Origin: Reclinomonas americana ATCC 50394
Taxonomy: Eukaryota
Reading direction: 5' to 3'
NCBI GenBank assembly: GCA_048213135.1
Contig: PS015028.1
Coordinates: 405,604 to 443,500, forward strand
Length of the DNA stretch: 37,897 bases
The notes under the pieces were generated by a model that was given only the letters and a program-made list of their open reading frames with translations, was not told the origin of the DNA and did no database searches. Both the position numbers and the translations under genes were made by a program. Of the stretch, positions 11,836 through 23,578 are shown one piece after another; position 1 is the stretch's first letter; every line of letters starts with the position of its first letter.

Positions 11836-14800
11836 TCATCGCATCAAGAGCACCGTGGAGACATCGGTGGTGCCGGCGGGCATCTCGCGAGCGACGATCG
11901 ACGCGATGAACACGGCCAGGCAGGGCACGACCGCGAAACGACCTGCATCATGCAGGCGCGAGGGTTAGTGACGTTGTGGCGGCCACTTTCTGCCTCACAC
12001 ACACAACGCGTGTGGTGTGTGGCAGCGACGACTCACCGAGCATGGCGGCCAGACAGATGGAGATGAGGCCGGCACCACTGTGTGCGGCCACATGGGTCCA
12101 CAACTGGGCACCGCTGGACACACTGCATTGATATTCGCCGACGTCAGCAAACGGGAGGCACACGCCCAGATCGCGCCAAACAGAGTGCGGACGCGAGAAT
12201 CTTGTACAAGGGGAGAGACGTGCAACGCGTGCAGTGGGCGCGTCACGATTTCAACGGCTAGAGACGCGCGCGGGCGAGTAGGAGTGGCCGCCACCGAAGC
12301 AGCAGCAGCAGATAGAACGAAAGAAGATCAGCTATCAGAGCAGTACTACTGACGTCGCGGAACACAGCTGGAAGCGAACGCCCCTCAGCCACACAACAAT
12401 CACAGACCGGGTGTCAGACAGGAGTGTGTGTGTGAAAACTCGCTAACTAGACAACTGACACACAGTTTGCAGACAGGAGTGAGGCAAGTGGCGGTGCTCG
12501 TATCCACAAAACAGGAAGAGATGAATCTCGAAACACCACACGCAGGCACAGTAGGAGGAGAATTGGCGGCGGCGGCTGCCAGCCACGAGGCGTGCCACCA
12601 CCCGGAGTTTTGTTGGCGGCCATTTCCCGCGCTCGCTTACCTTGCTCCCGGCGACAGCACGTAAAACGGGATCACAACCGTGGGTACGCACATCAGCAGC
12701 GTGCCAACGAGGGACCGCACGGAGCCCATCAGTACGCCACGTAGGCGGCTGCGTTGTACGGCATTGGCCGCCGCGTTGTGCATCACCACGCGAAGGTAAC
12801 CGCGGAAGGCGCCCCACGGCAGCGCGACCATGGCGGTCATTGACAGGAGGCTGACAACGTTGAAGATGAAGAGGCGATGCTCGACCCACGACAGCGCCGG
12901 CAGCGCGGTGCCTGATTGATGAAAATGACGTTTAGCAATTCGACACTGACGAGGTCATGAACAGTACTCTTCTTCCCGCGCACCATCACGCTTGGCGCCG
13001 GCAATGTTGTTAAAGTGCGACACAGCGTACGAGAGTATCTCGCCATTCACCGGCAGCCGTGGCTTGACAGCGGGGTCACAACACCGTGCGATCTCGTCCA
13101 AATATCTCGCTGTCGGCGCCGCCTGGTTGACCAGTGCGGTGATGCCATTTGCTGGTGGCAGAGTGCGGAGGCATGAGTGGGACGAATGAGGGAGGCGAGA
13201 GGCGAGAGGCGAGGGATGAGAAAGTACCGAAAAACGCCAGATTGTCGACAAAGCCGACACTGTAGTTGTGCACCGAGTCGTCGCTGTACTCGGACTTGGA
13301 GTGCGCGTGCTCGAGTGGCAGCAGGCGGAGTGCCTGCTCCAGGACGGAAACGGGGAGGAAAGAAGAGCGTGATTCTGAGGGAGGAGAGGGTGAGGGAGAG
13401 GGAGAGGTAGAGGAGTGGGGAAGGAGTGGGAGTGCGACGCAACGGTGATTGGTGAGGGATTCCATGAGGCGCCACGCGGCGACGTAGGTGGGGCGGTCAA
13501 AGGAGACGAGGGAGCGTACAATGGCGCTGGTGTTGACGTGTTCCCACACGACGCGGGCGTCGGTGGCTAAAGAGGGGGAAGGGTGAGGGGGGAAAGGGGG
13601 GAAGGGGGGGAGAGGGGAAAGGGGGGAAGGGGGGGAGAGGGGAGAGGGGGAAAGGGGGGGAAAGGGGAAGGAGAGGGGAAGGAGANNNNNNNNNNNNNNN
13701 NNNNNNNNNNNNNNNNNNNNNNNNNNNNNNNNNNNNNNNNNNNNNNNNNNNNNNNNNNNNNNNNNNNNNNNNNNNNNNNNNNNNNNNNNNNNNNNNNNNN
13801 NNNNNNNNNNNNNNNNNNNNNNNNNNNNNNNNNNNNNNNNNNNNNNNNNNNNNNNNNNNNNNNNNNNNNNNNNNNNNNNNNNNNNNNNNNNNNNNNNNNN
13901 NNNNNNNNNNNNNNNNNNNNNNNNNNNNNNNNNNNNNNNNNNNNNNNNNNNNNNNNNNNNNNNNNNNNNNNNNNNNNNNNNNNNNNNNNNNNNNNNNNNN
14001 NNNNNNNNNNNNNNNNNNNNNNNNNNNNNNNNNNNNNNNNNNNNNNNNNNNNNNNNNNNNNNNNNNNNNNNNNNNNNNNNNNNNNNNNNNNNNNNNNNNN
14101 NNNNNNNNNNNNNNNNNNNNNNNNNNNNNNNNNNNNNNNNNNNNNNNNNNNNNNNNNNNNNNNNNNNNNNNNNNNNNNNNNNNNNNNNNNNNNNNNNNNN
14201 NNNNNNNNNNNNNNNNNNNNNNNNNNNNNNNNNNNNNNNNNNNNNNNNNNNNNNNNNNNNNNNNNNNNNNNNNNNNNNNNNNNNNNNNNNNNNNNNNNNN
14301 NNNNNNNNNNNNNNNNNNNNNNNNNNNNNNNNNNNNNNNNNNNNNNNNNNNNNNNNNNNNNNNNNNNNNNNNNNNNNNNNNNNNNNNNNNNNNNNNNNNN
14401 NNNNNNNNNNNNNNNNNNNNNNNNNNNNNNNNNNNNNNNNNNNNNNNNNNNNNNNNNNNNNNNNNNNNNNNNNNNNNNNNNNNNNNNNNNNNNNNNNNNN
14501 NNNNNNNNAGGAGAGGAAGAGAAGAGAAAAAGCACAGAAGAACGGAGGGAAGAGAAGCAGGGGGAGAGAAGCGGAACCCACACGGGGTGCCAAGTGAGCA
14601 GCGGAAGGCAACAGAGACGACGTGGAGAAAGGAGAGAAATGAAGACTTGCAAGACTGAGAAGATGGAGCCAACAACCGAGCGGCACAACGAGCTCTTTGT
14701 CTTTCTGCCCCACTGTCTCCCTCCTCCCACTCACCCTTCTGACACAACACCACCAAGAAATTCAGCGCTCCGGCTCTCGCCGCCGGATCTAGCGAATCGA

Positions 14801-16022
14801 GCGACGCATTCACAACACGGAACGTAGAAGCCAGTGATTTAGGGGCCAGCAAAATGTGCCGTGCTTGCACTGTGCGCGCGCGAACGATGAGTGGGGGAGC
14901 TTGCTCTTCCTTACAGAGGGGCGTGCAAGCAACTGCGCTCGGCGGCCGAGGCCAACTCGGCCCAGTCCTCCGACATGAAACTGACGGGATGATGGCTGTC
15001 CGCATCTCCTTTCGCGTCCGCGGTGGCCGCGGACAGCGGTACAACAGATTCGGCCAACTGCGCCGAGTTCCACACGGGGAAATTGATGCCTGTTGACGGT
15101 GGTGTCTGCTCCTTCTGTTGCTGCTGCTGCTGCTGCTGCTGTTGTTGTTCGCGTTCCTGCCGAGCCTTCTCCGCACTGCTCAGACTCGTTTCGTGTCGGT
15201 GCTGAATGGCGATGCGACGCAGCAGTAGCTCGAGTCGTTTTCGCTCTGGAGATGTCGCAAGAGGAAGACGGGGAAGAGGGAGAGAGAGATGAGAAAAAGA
15301 CAGGGAGTGACGACATGGCGAGTCAGATAGAAGGCAGCGAAGGCCTGAGTATGGCAACGAAACGAAGCGACATCACAACAAGGCCAAGGTAGGGTGGGCG
15401 AGACAGAGCGCGTGAGGGGAGTCAGATAGAAGGCAGCAATGTGTCACAGAATACAGCAACGAGAGGAAGCGCAAGATAGGGAGGGCGAGACAGCGCGTGA
15501 GAAAACATAAATCGGAGTCTCTCAGAGATATGAGCAGCACAGATGAACCACAGAAGAAGGACTGAAGGAGTGGCGGGTGAGACAAACAGGCGAACATAAT
15601 ACAGACACCAGGAAGAGTGAGCGAGAGGGAGGGACAGAGTGCAAGCAACGAGCTCAACACAGTCTCAACAGAGAAACGCAACTGGCCGCCTCATGCTCAT
15701 CATACACCAAATACCCGCAGAATCCCAGCCACGACAGCGGCAACGTGAGTCGCAACACGCGGTCTACACAAGCATCCTCCAGTCAGCATCGACTGCACAC
15801 GCCGAGAGGATACAGCTTATTACGAGACACAACTGAGCACAGTTCCGGCATTGGCGGCAAACCACGACGACGACGACGAGGAAGACTGAGGCCGATGGAC
15901 GGATTTCGGAGAGTTGGGAGAGATGCGAGCACGAGTCGACGATCCAACGCCCACTCTGCCACGCAATGTATTGATGAGGACCGTGCGCAGAAACCGAACA
16001 CAGGGTGCGAGTGAGAGGGAGG

Positions 16023-16086
<64 letters not shown>

Positions 16087-16483
16087 CTGAACGTAACCGA
16101 ACAGACGCTCTCTCTTTCTCACTCTCTCTCTCTCACTCTCTTTCTCTTCCTCACTCACTCGCTCACTCTCTCTCTCTCTCTCACTCACTCACTCACTCAC
16201 ACACACACTCGCTCACTCACTCACTCACTCACTCACTCACTCACTCACTCACTCACTCACTCACTCACTCTCCCTCCCCCTTCTCTCTCTCTTTCTCTCA
16301 CCTGAACGCTCCCTGCAAACTCTCACTACTTGTGATCGAGGCTCCCACAGAAGCCCGTCCGCCTCTCGAACCCATCTGCACTCCTCCTCCTCCTCCATGT
16401 GTGGAAGAAGACGAGGAGGCATCAGAGCGGGCGACAAAGCGCGCAACCCAGCGAGGGAGCAACGCTGCGCGCGAGAAGAGCAT
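11836..16483 (-). CDS. Uncharacterised multi-exon membrane protein, possible mitochondrial presequence
   Basis: Phase-consistent exons 16483-~16302, ~15955-15834, 15763-15683, ~15245-14934, 14869-~14735, ~13567-13444, 13374-~13228, ~13152-~12984, ~12911-~12641, and a last exon ~11942-11836 (GRFAVVPCLAVFIASIVAREM...LLMR*). N-terminus MLFSRAALLPRWVARFVARS, a hydrophobic segment LTLPLSWLGFCGYLVY, poly-Q, a helical middle region and several C-terminal hydrophobic segments. The path between 12640 and 12040 is uncertain. Confidence 0.65.
16024..16270. repeat. (GT)n followed by (CT)n/(CACT)n microsatellites, intronic
   Basis: Directly visible. Confidence 0.95.
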
Positions 16484-16910
16484 GTGCGCGGAAAAAGGTG
16501 CGGGACAAGCGTCTGCAAAGCTGCAATTAGAGAGAGGCAGGGAGGAGCTCGTTGCAATGGTGTGCAAGAGGGTGGTGGGAGCACAGTGGAGCTTTGCGCT
16601 CAAGCTCTGTGCGTGGAGAAAAAGGTCGACGGTCGGGTTTGGACAACTTTCTCACCAAGGTATGAGAGTCTGCTGGTGCCAACAGCATCCGCACAACGTA
16701 CTCTCGTTGTGGGGCGGTTTTTCCAGCCTGGAACTCTGCGGAGAAGAGCTTTTTTTTTGCAATGTTCGAATTCACGACATTGACGTCGCAACCTCGGCTT
16801 CAGGTTGCTGCTCCAGAAGGCTCCTTGTGGCAGCACAGCGTCGCGACAAGCACCTGCACATGAAAGCACATCATAGGACCTTACCAAAGAGGCTGAGACT
16901 CGAGTTTGCT

Positions 16911-17290
16911 CGAACGTCGCGGGCAAAACTCATTCACAAAAAGCACACAGTGCAGGGTACGAGCATTCCACCCGCTTCCACTCTCTGTTTCTCGTTGTCT
17001 TTCCACATCCTTAGCACAGGACGCCTGCAAAAAGGTCAAGTTTGCTTGCGCACGAACGTCGCGGACAACCAAAAAAGACGGAAGGAACGCGCAACGCTGT
17101 GTACGAGCATTCCACCCGGCTGCACTCTCTCCCTGTCGTTGTCTCTCCTCGCACGCAGCACAGTACGGCCCCCGAAAAGTCGAACGTCGCGGACAACACA
17201 TGTCACTCCGTCACCAAAAAAACAGGACACAAGCTCGCAACGAAGGGTACGCAACAGCACACACTGCACCCTCTCTATCTGTGTGTCTCT
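16911..17290. repeat. Degenerate tandem repeat, ~130-140 bp x3, in a divergent intergenic region
   Basis: CGAACGTCGCGG at 16910, 17053 and 17181; GTACGAGCATTCCACCCG in the first two units, degenerate in the third. Confidence 0.75.
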
Positions 17291-17413
17291 CCCTCCACAC
17301 ACACGCACACGCACGCTCATCGACTCCGACGTCTCCGACCATCTGACACCGACATTGTCTCGTCTCTTTGTGCGTTTGCGCAGTTGTGTAAACACACACG
17401 CACACACGCACAC

Positions 17414-17449
17414 ATGCTGGCCTCTCCCGTTCGCTCTCCGGTGGCCGGA

Positions 17450-17486
<37 letters not shown>

Positions 17487-19783
17487 GCAGTGCAAGTGGC
17501 ACTCAACAAGGACAACAACAGCAACAACAACAAGGACTGCCAATGATCACAGACGCACAGGCGCTGCAGTACTTGCGGCAAGTGTGTGTGCGCGCGCGGT
17601 TGACACAAAACCCGCAGAGTTGCGCGCAGCACAAAGCACAGAGAACAGCCGGGGGGAACATGAGAGCGAGATGTCCCGACAGACACGCACGCGCACGCAC
17701 TCTTGCTCTCTCTTTGCTCTCTTCGATGCACATGCGTCTCTCTCTCTCTCTTTGTCTATGTGCGTGTGCGTGTCTTGTGTGCGTTTTCCGCGTGTGAGCA
17801 ATGTCGAGCAATGAGTGTTATTTTCTGCCGTGTCGTCAGTCTGTCGGAGCGTCTCGCGCGTGCGCGTGGCGTAAGCGGCGTGAGCACTCGCTGGCGTACA
17901 GCGTGCGCACGGGTTCAGTTCCCGCTGTGACTGCTTGCTGGGCGTGGCGTTTTTCTTTTATTTGCATGCACGTGGCACTTTGATCGTACTTCAATTCGAG
18001 TCTGGACTCTCACTCTCTCACACTCACACTGTCTTTTGTCTCTTCTATATGCTTGTGTATGCATCGTCATCGCGTTGAGGCACTTCGGAGCACGTGCGCT
18101 GTTGCATTCTTTGTTCGTAACTTGCACAGTTGTGTCAGCTCTCGCTGGCGTGTATTGTGCACGTGGGTTCAATCCTGCTGTGTGCTTCTTGTTCGGCGCA
18201 GCGTTTTCTCTATTTGCATGCACGTGGCACTTTGATCGTACTTCAATTCGAGTCTGGACTCACCCAGCACGTACTTCTCTCTCACTCTCTCTCTCTCACA
18301 CACACACTGTCTTTTGTCTCTTCTATGTGCTTGTATATGCATCGTGATCATCTCGTTGAGACACTTCGGGGCACGTGCGCTGTTGCAGTCTTTGTTCGTA
18401 ACTTGCATAATTGTGTCAGCGCTCACTGGCGTGTATTGTACGCGTGATTTCAGTCCCGCTGTGTGCCTCTTGCTGGGCGTGGTGTTTCCCTTTATTTTTA
18501 TGCACTTTGATGGGCAGGGTGTACTTCAATTGCATACTCCATTCTGTAATGTGTATTTATCATCATCGTCATTGCACTCGCAGTTGCACTCTTTGACTCT
18601 TCAGCTCGGCAGCGAGCATGTACTTTCAGTGTTTACTTAAAATCCGCACGCTCCCTTCTCTTGACCACTGTGATAGTTGCTTCGTTCATATCACTGTCCC
18701 TTTCCACATCCCATCTTACTATCCCTTCCCCCACCCCCCGTGCAGTCAGCGAGCCGCAACACAAACCGCTGCTTTCGCGCTTCCCTCACGTGTCGACGAG
18801 CGAGGCACTGCGGACGCTGCGGCGATACCGATTTGAGACGGCGCTGGCGGAGACGGAGGCACGCATGGCGGCGCGGAGAATCTCGCAGCAGTGCACACTC
18901 GACCAGTCGAGTGTGCCGGAGGATCCGCAGGGCACGCTCGGTATTCCGGCGCGCATGGCTCTCGGCTCCATCTTCCTCACGCTCAAGTATCACGTGGCGA
19001 CGCTGGCACCGGGTCATGTGCGCGATCTGTTGGCGTTCTTTGCGCAGTTTTTGCGCGATTCGCCGCTGCTGTATGCGCCCTCCAACGCCACCGTCGAGGA
19101 GAATAATGTCAAGGTGTGTGTGGATTGGAAAGGGTGCTTCCCCTATTGCAGAGGATTCATTCCGCGTCTTGAAGGCACTGGACACGCTGTTCGAGTCACT
19201 GGTGCAAGCGCACACCGACAGTCGCGGAGTCGTGGAACCCAAGCCGCTCTTTGACACGCTCAGTTTGTGGCTCATTGCGCGTGGAAGCCTGCCAGTGGTG
19301 CTACAGTACGTGAATCAGCTGCGCACGCTGGGCGACTTTCAGCTCTCGCTGCCGCTGGCGCGTGTGCGCTCGTGCGTGCAAGCCATTACCAGCGGTCACT
19401 TTGCGCTGACATCGTTGGAGGACACCACGCTGGCCGACTCGTTCGAGTTGCAGGGCGTGGGCAAGAGGCCGCAGCTGGCTTTCCTCGGCGATCACCTGTT
19501 TGTGCTGGCCGAGAATGTTGAGTGCAGTGGCAGGATGTGGGACAGGGGGAGGGTCAAGGGAGAGAAATAGAGCGCATGCTGGCAATCGACTGGGTTAAAG
19601 GGAGACAAGGGAGAAAGAAACATGGAGAGAATCAGAAACTGACAGACATGCAGAGAGCAGATAGACATGCAAACAAGCAGACAGAAGGGGGAAAGAAAGA
19701 AGGGCGAATGTGGAGACTGAGTTGCTGAGGAGAGAGTATCTTCATCTCGTCAGTCTTCCTGGCCGGATTCCGGTCTCTCTCTC

Positions 19784-19829
<46 letters not shown>

Positions 19830-20110
19830 CGTCGACNNNNNNNNNNNNNNNNNNNNNNNNNNNNNNNNNNNNNNNNNNNNNNNNNNNNNNNNNNNNNNNN
19901 NNNNNNNNNNNNNNNNNNNNNNNNNNNNNNNNNNNNNNNNNNNNNNNNNNNNNNNNNNNNNNNNNNNNNNNNNNNNNNNNNNNNNNNNNNNNNNNNNNNN
20001 NNNGGGGAAAAAGGAAAAGGGGAACGGGAACGTAACGTTGGTAGGACGTACGTAGTTAGGTCGTCGTGAGAGAGAGTACTTCTACTCTCTCTCGCTCTCG
20101 TCGCGTCGTC

Positions 20111-20173
<63 letters not shown>

Positions 20174-22315
20174 CCTCTCCCTCTCTGCTCTTCCCCCCTT
20201 TGCTCTGCTCTTCTCTCTCTTCGCTCCGCTCTTCCTCTTTGTTCTGCTCTTCTCTCTCTTCGCTCTGCTCTTCCCTATTTGCTCTGCTCTTCTCTCTCTT
20301 CGCTCTGCTATTCCTCTTCGCTCCGCTCTTCGTCCCTTCGCTCTGCTCTTCGTCCCTTCGCTCTGCTCCTACTCCCTTCGCTCTGCTCTTCCCCCCTTTG
20401 CTCTACTCTTTCCCCCTTTCCCCTAACCCCTTTTTCCCCTCCCGCAGAGCATCTCGCGCGTGGCCCTCGGCTACTCAAACTCCCAGAAGGGACTCGTCGA
20501 ACACTGCGAGGGCGGCTTCCCCACCGGCGACGGCGCCTGTCTCGTCGGCTGCGCCGCGGGTCTCCTGTACCGTGATTTGTCGGGCGATTTGCACTTTGTT
20601 GATCCGACCACACTGCGTCGTCTCTCGGCGACACCCATTGCCGCCGACAGCCTGCGCAACAAGGCCGGACAGCCCATTCACGATGCGCGCGCAGCACCGA
20701 TGACCTCGGACGGCGTCTTTGTGTATGTGGTCGACCATGAGGACACGGTGGAAGGTTTCCATTTCGCCGTGCACCAGTTCCTGGCCGTCGGCACTGCGCA
20801 GCTGGAGTGCGTGCGATCAGTGTCGTTGCGCTCGCCGCAAGTGTTTTCCGAGCTCGGTGAGCACAATCCACTATCTCTCTATCTTCCCCCTGTTTGTTGC
20901 ACTCACGCAGCACCGTGGTGCGCAGAGCTGTACAGCCGATGCACGCGCGACTGGACGCGCGACGTGTACGTCAATCAGATTGATTTCACGTGCGCCGAGT
21001 GTGCCACCGATCCGTCGTGGTGTGTGTGCGCAGGTGAGAGAGAGTACGAGTTTTGGGTTCCGCCCACCTGCTGTTTGTGCTGATTCTCGCGCCGGTTAGC
21101 CTGCGCCCGCATGTGCCATGCAGAAAAGGGACACCACGTGCAGCTGAAGCGCTGGGGCAACTCATACTGCGACTGCCGTGATTGCGGATCGTGCGGATGT
21201 GCGCGCCCGGGACTGGAGGACCGCGAATGTTGCGTGTTTATGAATGCCTTGTTTTGTTTCGTCACTCACTGTTGCTCGCCGCCGCAGTCGGCAATGTGCG
21301 TGCTGTTGGCACCGGTGGCCGCGAGGCTGCTCTCCGCGGCAACATGACGCTGGAGAAGCTCATCTTCACGCCGCACTGCGTGCGCTCGCTGTATGTGCGC
21401 GAAAACTTTGGCATGTATCTGTTTGACGACGGCCTGCTGTACACGTGCGGCCTGAATGTGCACGCATTGCACGGCTTCCCCGCCGGCTTTGCCGATCGTA
21501 CCGACGACCGCAAGCAACTGCTGGCCATTATCGGCTTGCGTGACAACACTTTCACGTCGTTTGTCGTCTCGGAGAACGCCGCTTTTGCCCTGGCTGTGAG
21601 CAGTTGCGTCGTCTGTGCCATTAACTCTTGGTTCACCTTCTCACACATCGCACAGCCGACGGTGTGGTGTATGCGTGGGGCGACAGTGATTTGGGCCGTG
21701 GACTTGGACCGGGAGCGAAGCCGCATCCCCAACCAGTGGCCTCGCTCATGCACACGCTGATCACCAGCGTGGCAGCCGGCAAGACCCACTCGTTTGCGCT
21801 GTCGGGTTTGTTTTTTCTTTTTGTTCGTCGCTTGTGTTCCACACAAAACTGATGCATGTTTTTTGCTGCTCGCAGTGGACGGCACGCTGTACGTCACCGG
21901 TGACAACTTGAACAACCGCCTGGGTGCGGCCGCTGGAGCGCCGGGCCAGTTGCAGACGTTTGTGCGCTGCGAGGCACTGGCCGGCGAGCGCGTGGTCCAC
22001 ATTACGCCGCACCTGGTCCTCACTGGTGCGTATTATGGTGTCTTTTCGTGTCGTGAACTTCTTGTGAGTCGCTCACTGCCGACTGTGTCGACAGCCTCGG
22101 GCCGCGTCTTTGTGTTTGACGCGCAAGTGGCCGCGCAGTATGAGGTGCAGCCGGCTGCCGGTGCCTCGGCTGCAGCCGGACCATTCGTGCTCGACACGGA
22201 TGGGCAGAATATTGTGGACATGGCGGCGACCACCAGCAATGTGCTGCTTGTCACTGGTGAGTTGGTGGAATGGGGAAGGAATGGAGAAGAGGGAGGGGTG
22301 GAGTGAGAGAGAGAA

Positions 22316-22347
<32 letters not shown>

Positions 22348-23538
22348 CAGAGGGAGAAGCGGAAGAAGAAAGAAGAAGAGTAACAAATAGAAAAAGAAGA
22401 AGAGAGACTGCAATCTTCCTCTGTTCTCCTCCCGCTCCTCCTCCCCTTCCCGTCCTATCTCTCTCTCGCTTCGAGATTGACTGCTTGGCAATCTCCCTCT
22501 GTTCTCCTTCCTTTCCTCCTTCTCCTTCCCTTCCCCTCCTTCTCCTTCCCCTTCGTATTCCCCTTCTTATTCTCCTTCTCGGGCAGCCGACCGCCGCCTC
22601 ATGGTCGCCGGCTTGAACGCAATGGGCGAGCTGGGTGTCGACGACGCCAACCCAGTGAAGAAGGCCAAGTTGAACGAGCTGGCTCAAGACCACCGCATCT
22701 CCCGTGTGTGGGCACTGCCGCAGTGGTGCGCCTACCAGACCGACACGAAGGAGTTCTACTACATGGGCACGAGCGGCTTCGACATGACCAGCCGCAAGCC
22801 ACTGCTGTCCCCGCTGCTCAGCGGCCGTGCCCTTCGCAGCCTCGGTACCACGCCGACTGCGTTGTACACTGTGCAAGGTACCGCACTCGTGCACGCGCCG
22901 TTCTCTTTCTTCTCTGACGATTGTTATTTACTGGCCTTTTCAGACTTGGAGGGTCCGGGCTTCCCGATCAACACCATCTCGCAGTTGAGCTTCTTCACCG
23001 ACGGACGCCACCTGAACGTGCTCGTGCCGCCTGGCGTGCTGCCGAATGACTCGCCACTGCCGATTACCTGGTCGTTCTCGCTGGTCGACGGTTTCCATCC
23101 GGCCGATCGCAAACACGGCGTGCAGCCCATGCGTTGCGTGTGTTACTCTCTGCCATTTCTCGCCAACTGTTGCTGATGTACACATTCGGTGTGCGGCGGA
23201 GCAGTGTCCGGCAGCTCGGTGTCCTACTCAATCTCCCACAGCGTGGCGCTGTGTTTCAGTGCCGAGGACTCTCGCGTGTGGTTCTCTTCTTCAGTGCCCT
23301 CGAGTCCCCGCGATCCCAAGTTGGCGCCGCCGCTCATCCGCTCGTCGTTCAACAAGCCCTTCCAGACAGCAAGCAGCACGAATGAGGTGTGGAAGCGGAA
23401 GAAATTGATTTTGCTCTTTCTCTTCTGCTCTTTTGTCGTTGTTTTCTCTGCTGTTTCTCTTTCTCTCTCTCACACACACGCACATTTTGATTTTGCTCAT
23501 TCTCGTCCACTCTTTTGTCGTTGTTCTCTGTGTGTGTC

Positions 23539-23578
<40 letters not shown>

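Noticed and set aside
13572-13685. G-quadruplex-like G-run tract
   Set aside because: It is the complement of an expanded polypyrimidine tract at a minus-strand acceptor next to a gap; nothing indicates a separate function.
16005-17546. 513-aa + strand ORF
   Set aside because: It starts in (GT)n/(CACT)n microsatellite, runs antisense to the membrane-protein first exon and through degenerate repeats, and has no protein-like composition.
17960-17977. Octamer (ATTTGCAT) overlapping an E-box (CACGTG), repeated at ~18212
   Set aside because: The recurrence is explained by the tandem duplication; there is no adjacent snRNA gene or TSS evidence.
19108-19175. Possible stop-codon reassignment (a T|AG junction here, and T|GA near 24049-24118)
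   Set aside because: Alternative GT-AG choices (e.g. intron 19114-19174; donor G|GTTTGT near 24054) give open frames, no confident exon has an internal stop, and the modelled gene ends use normal TAA/TGA.
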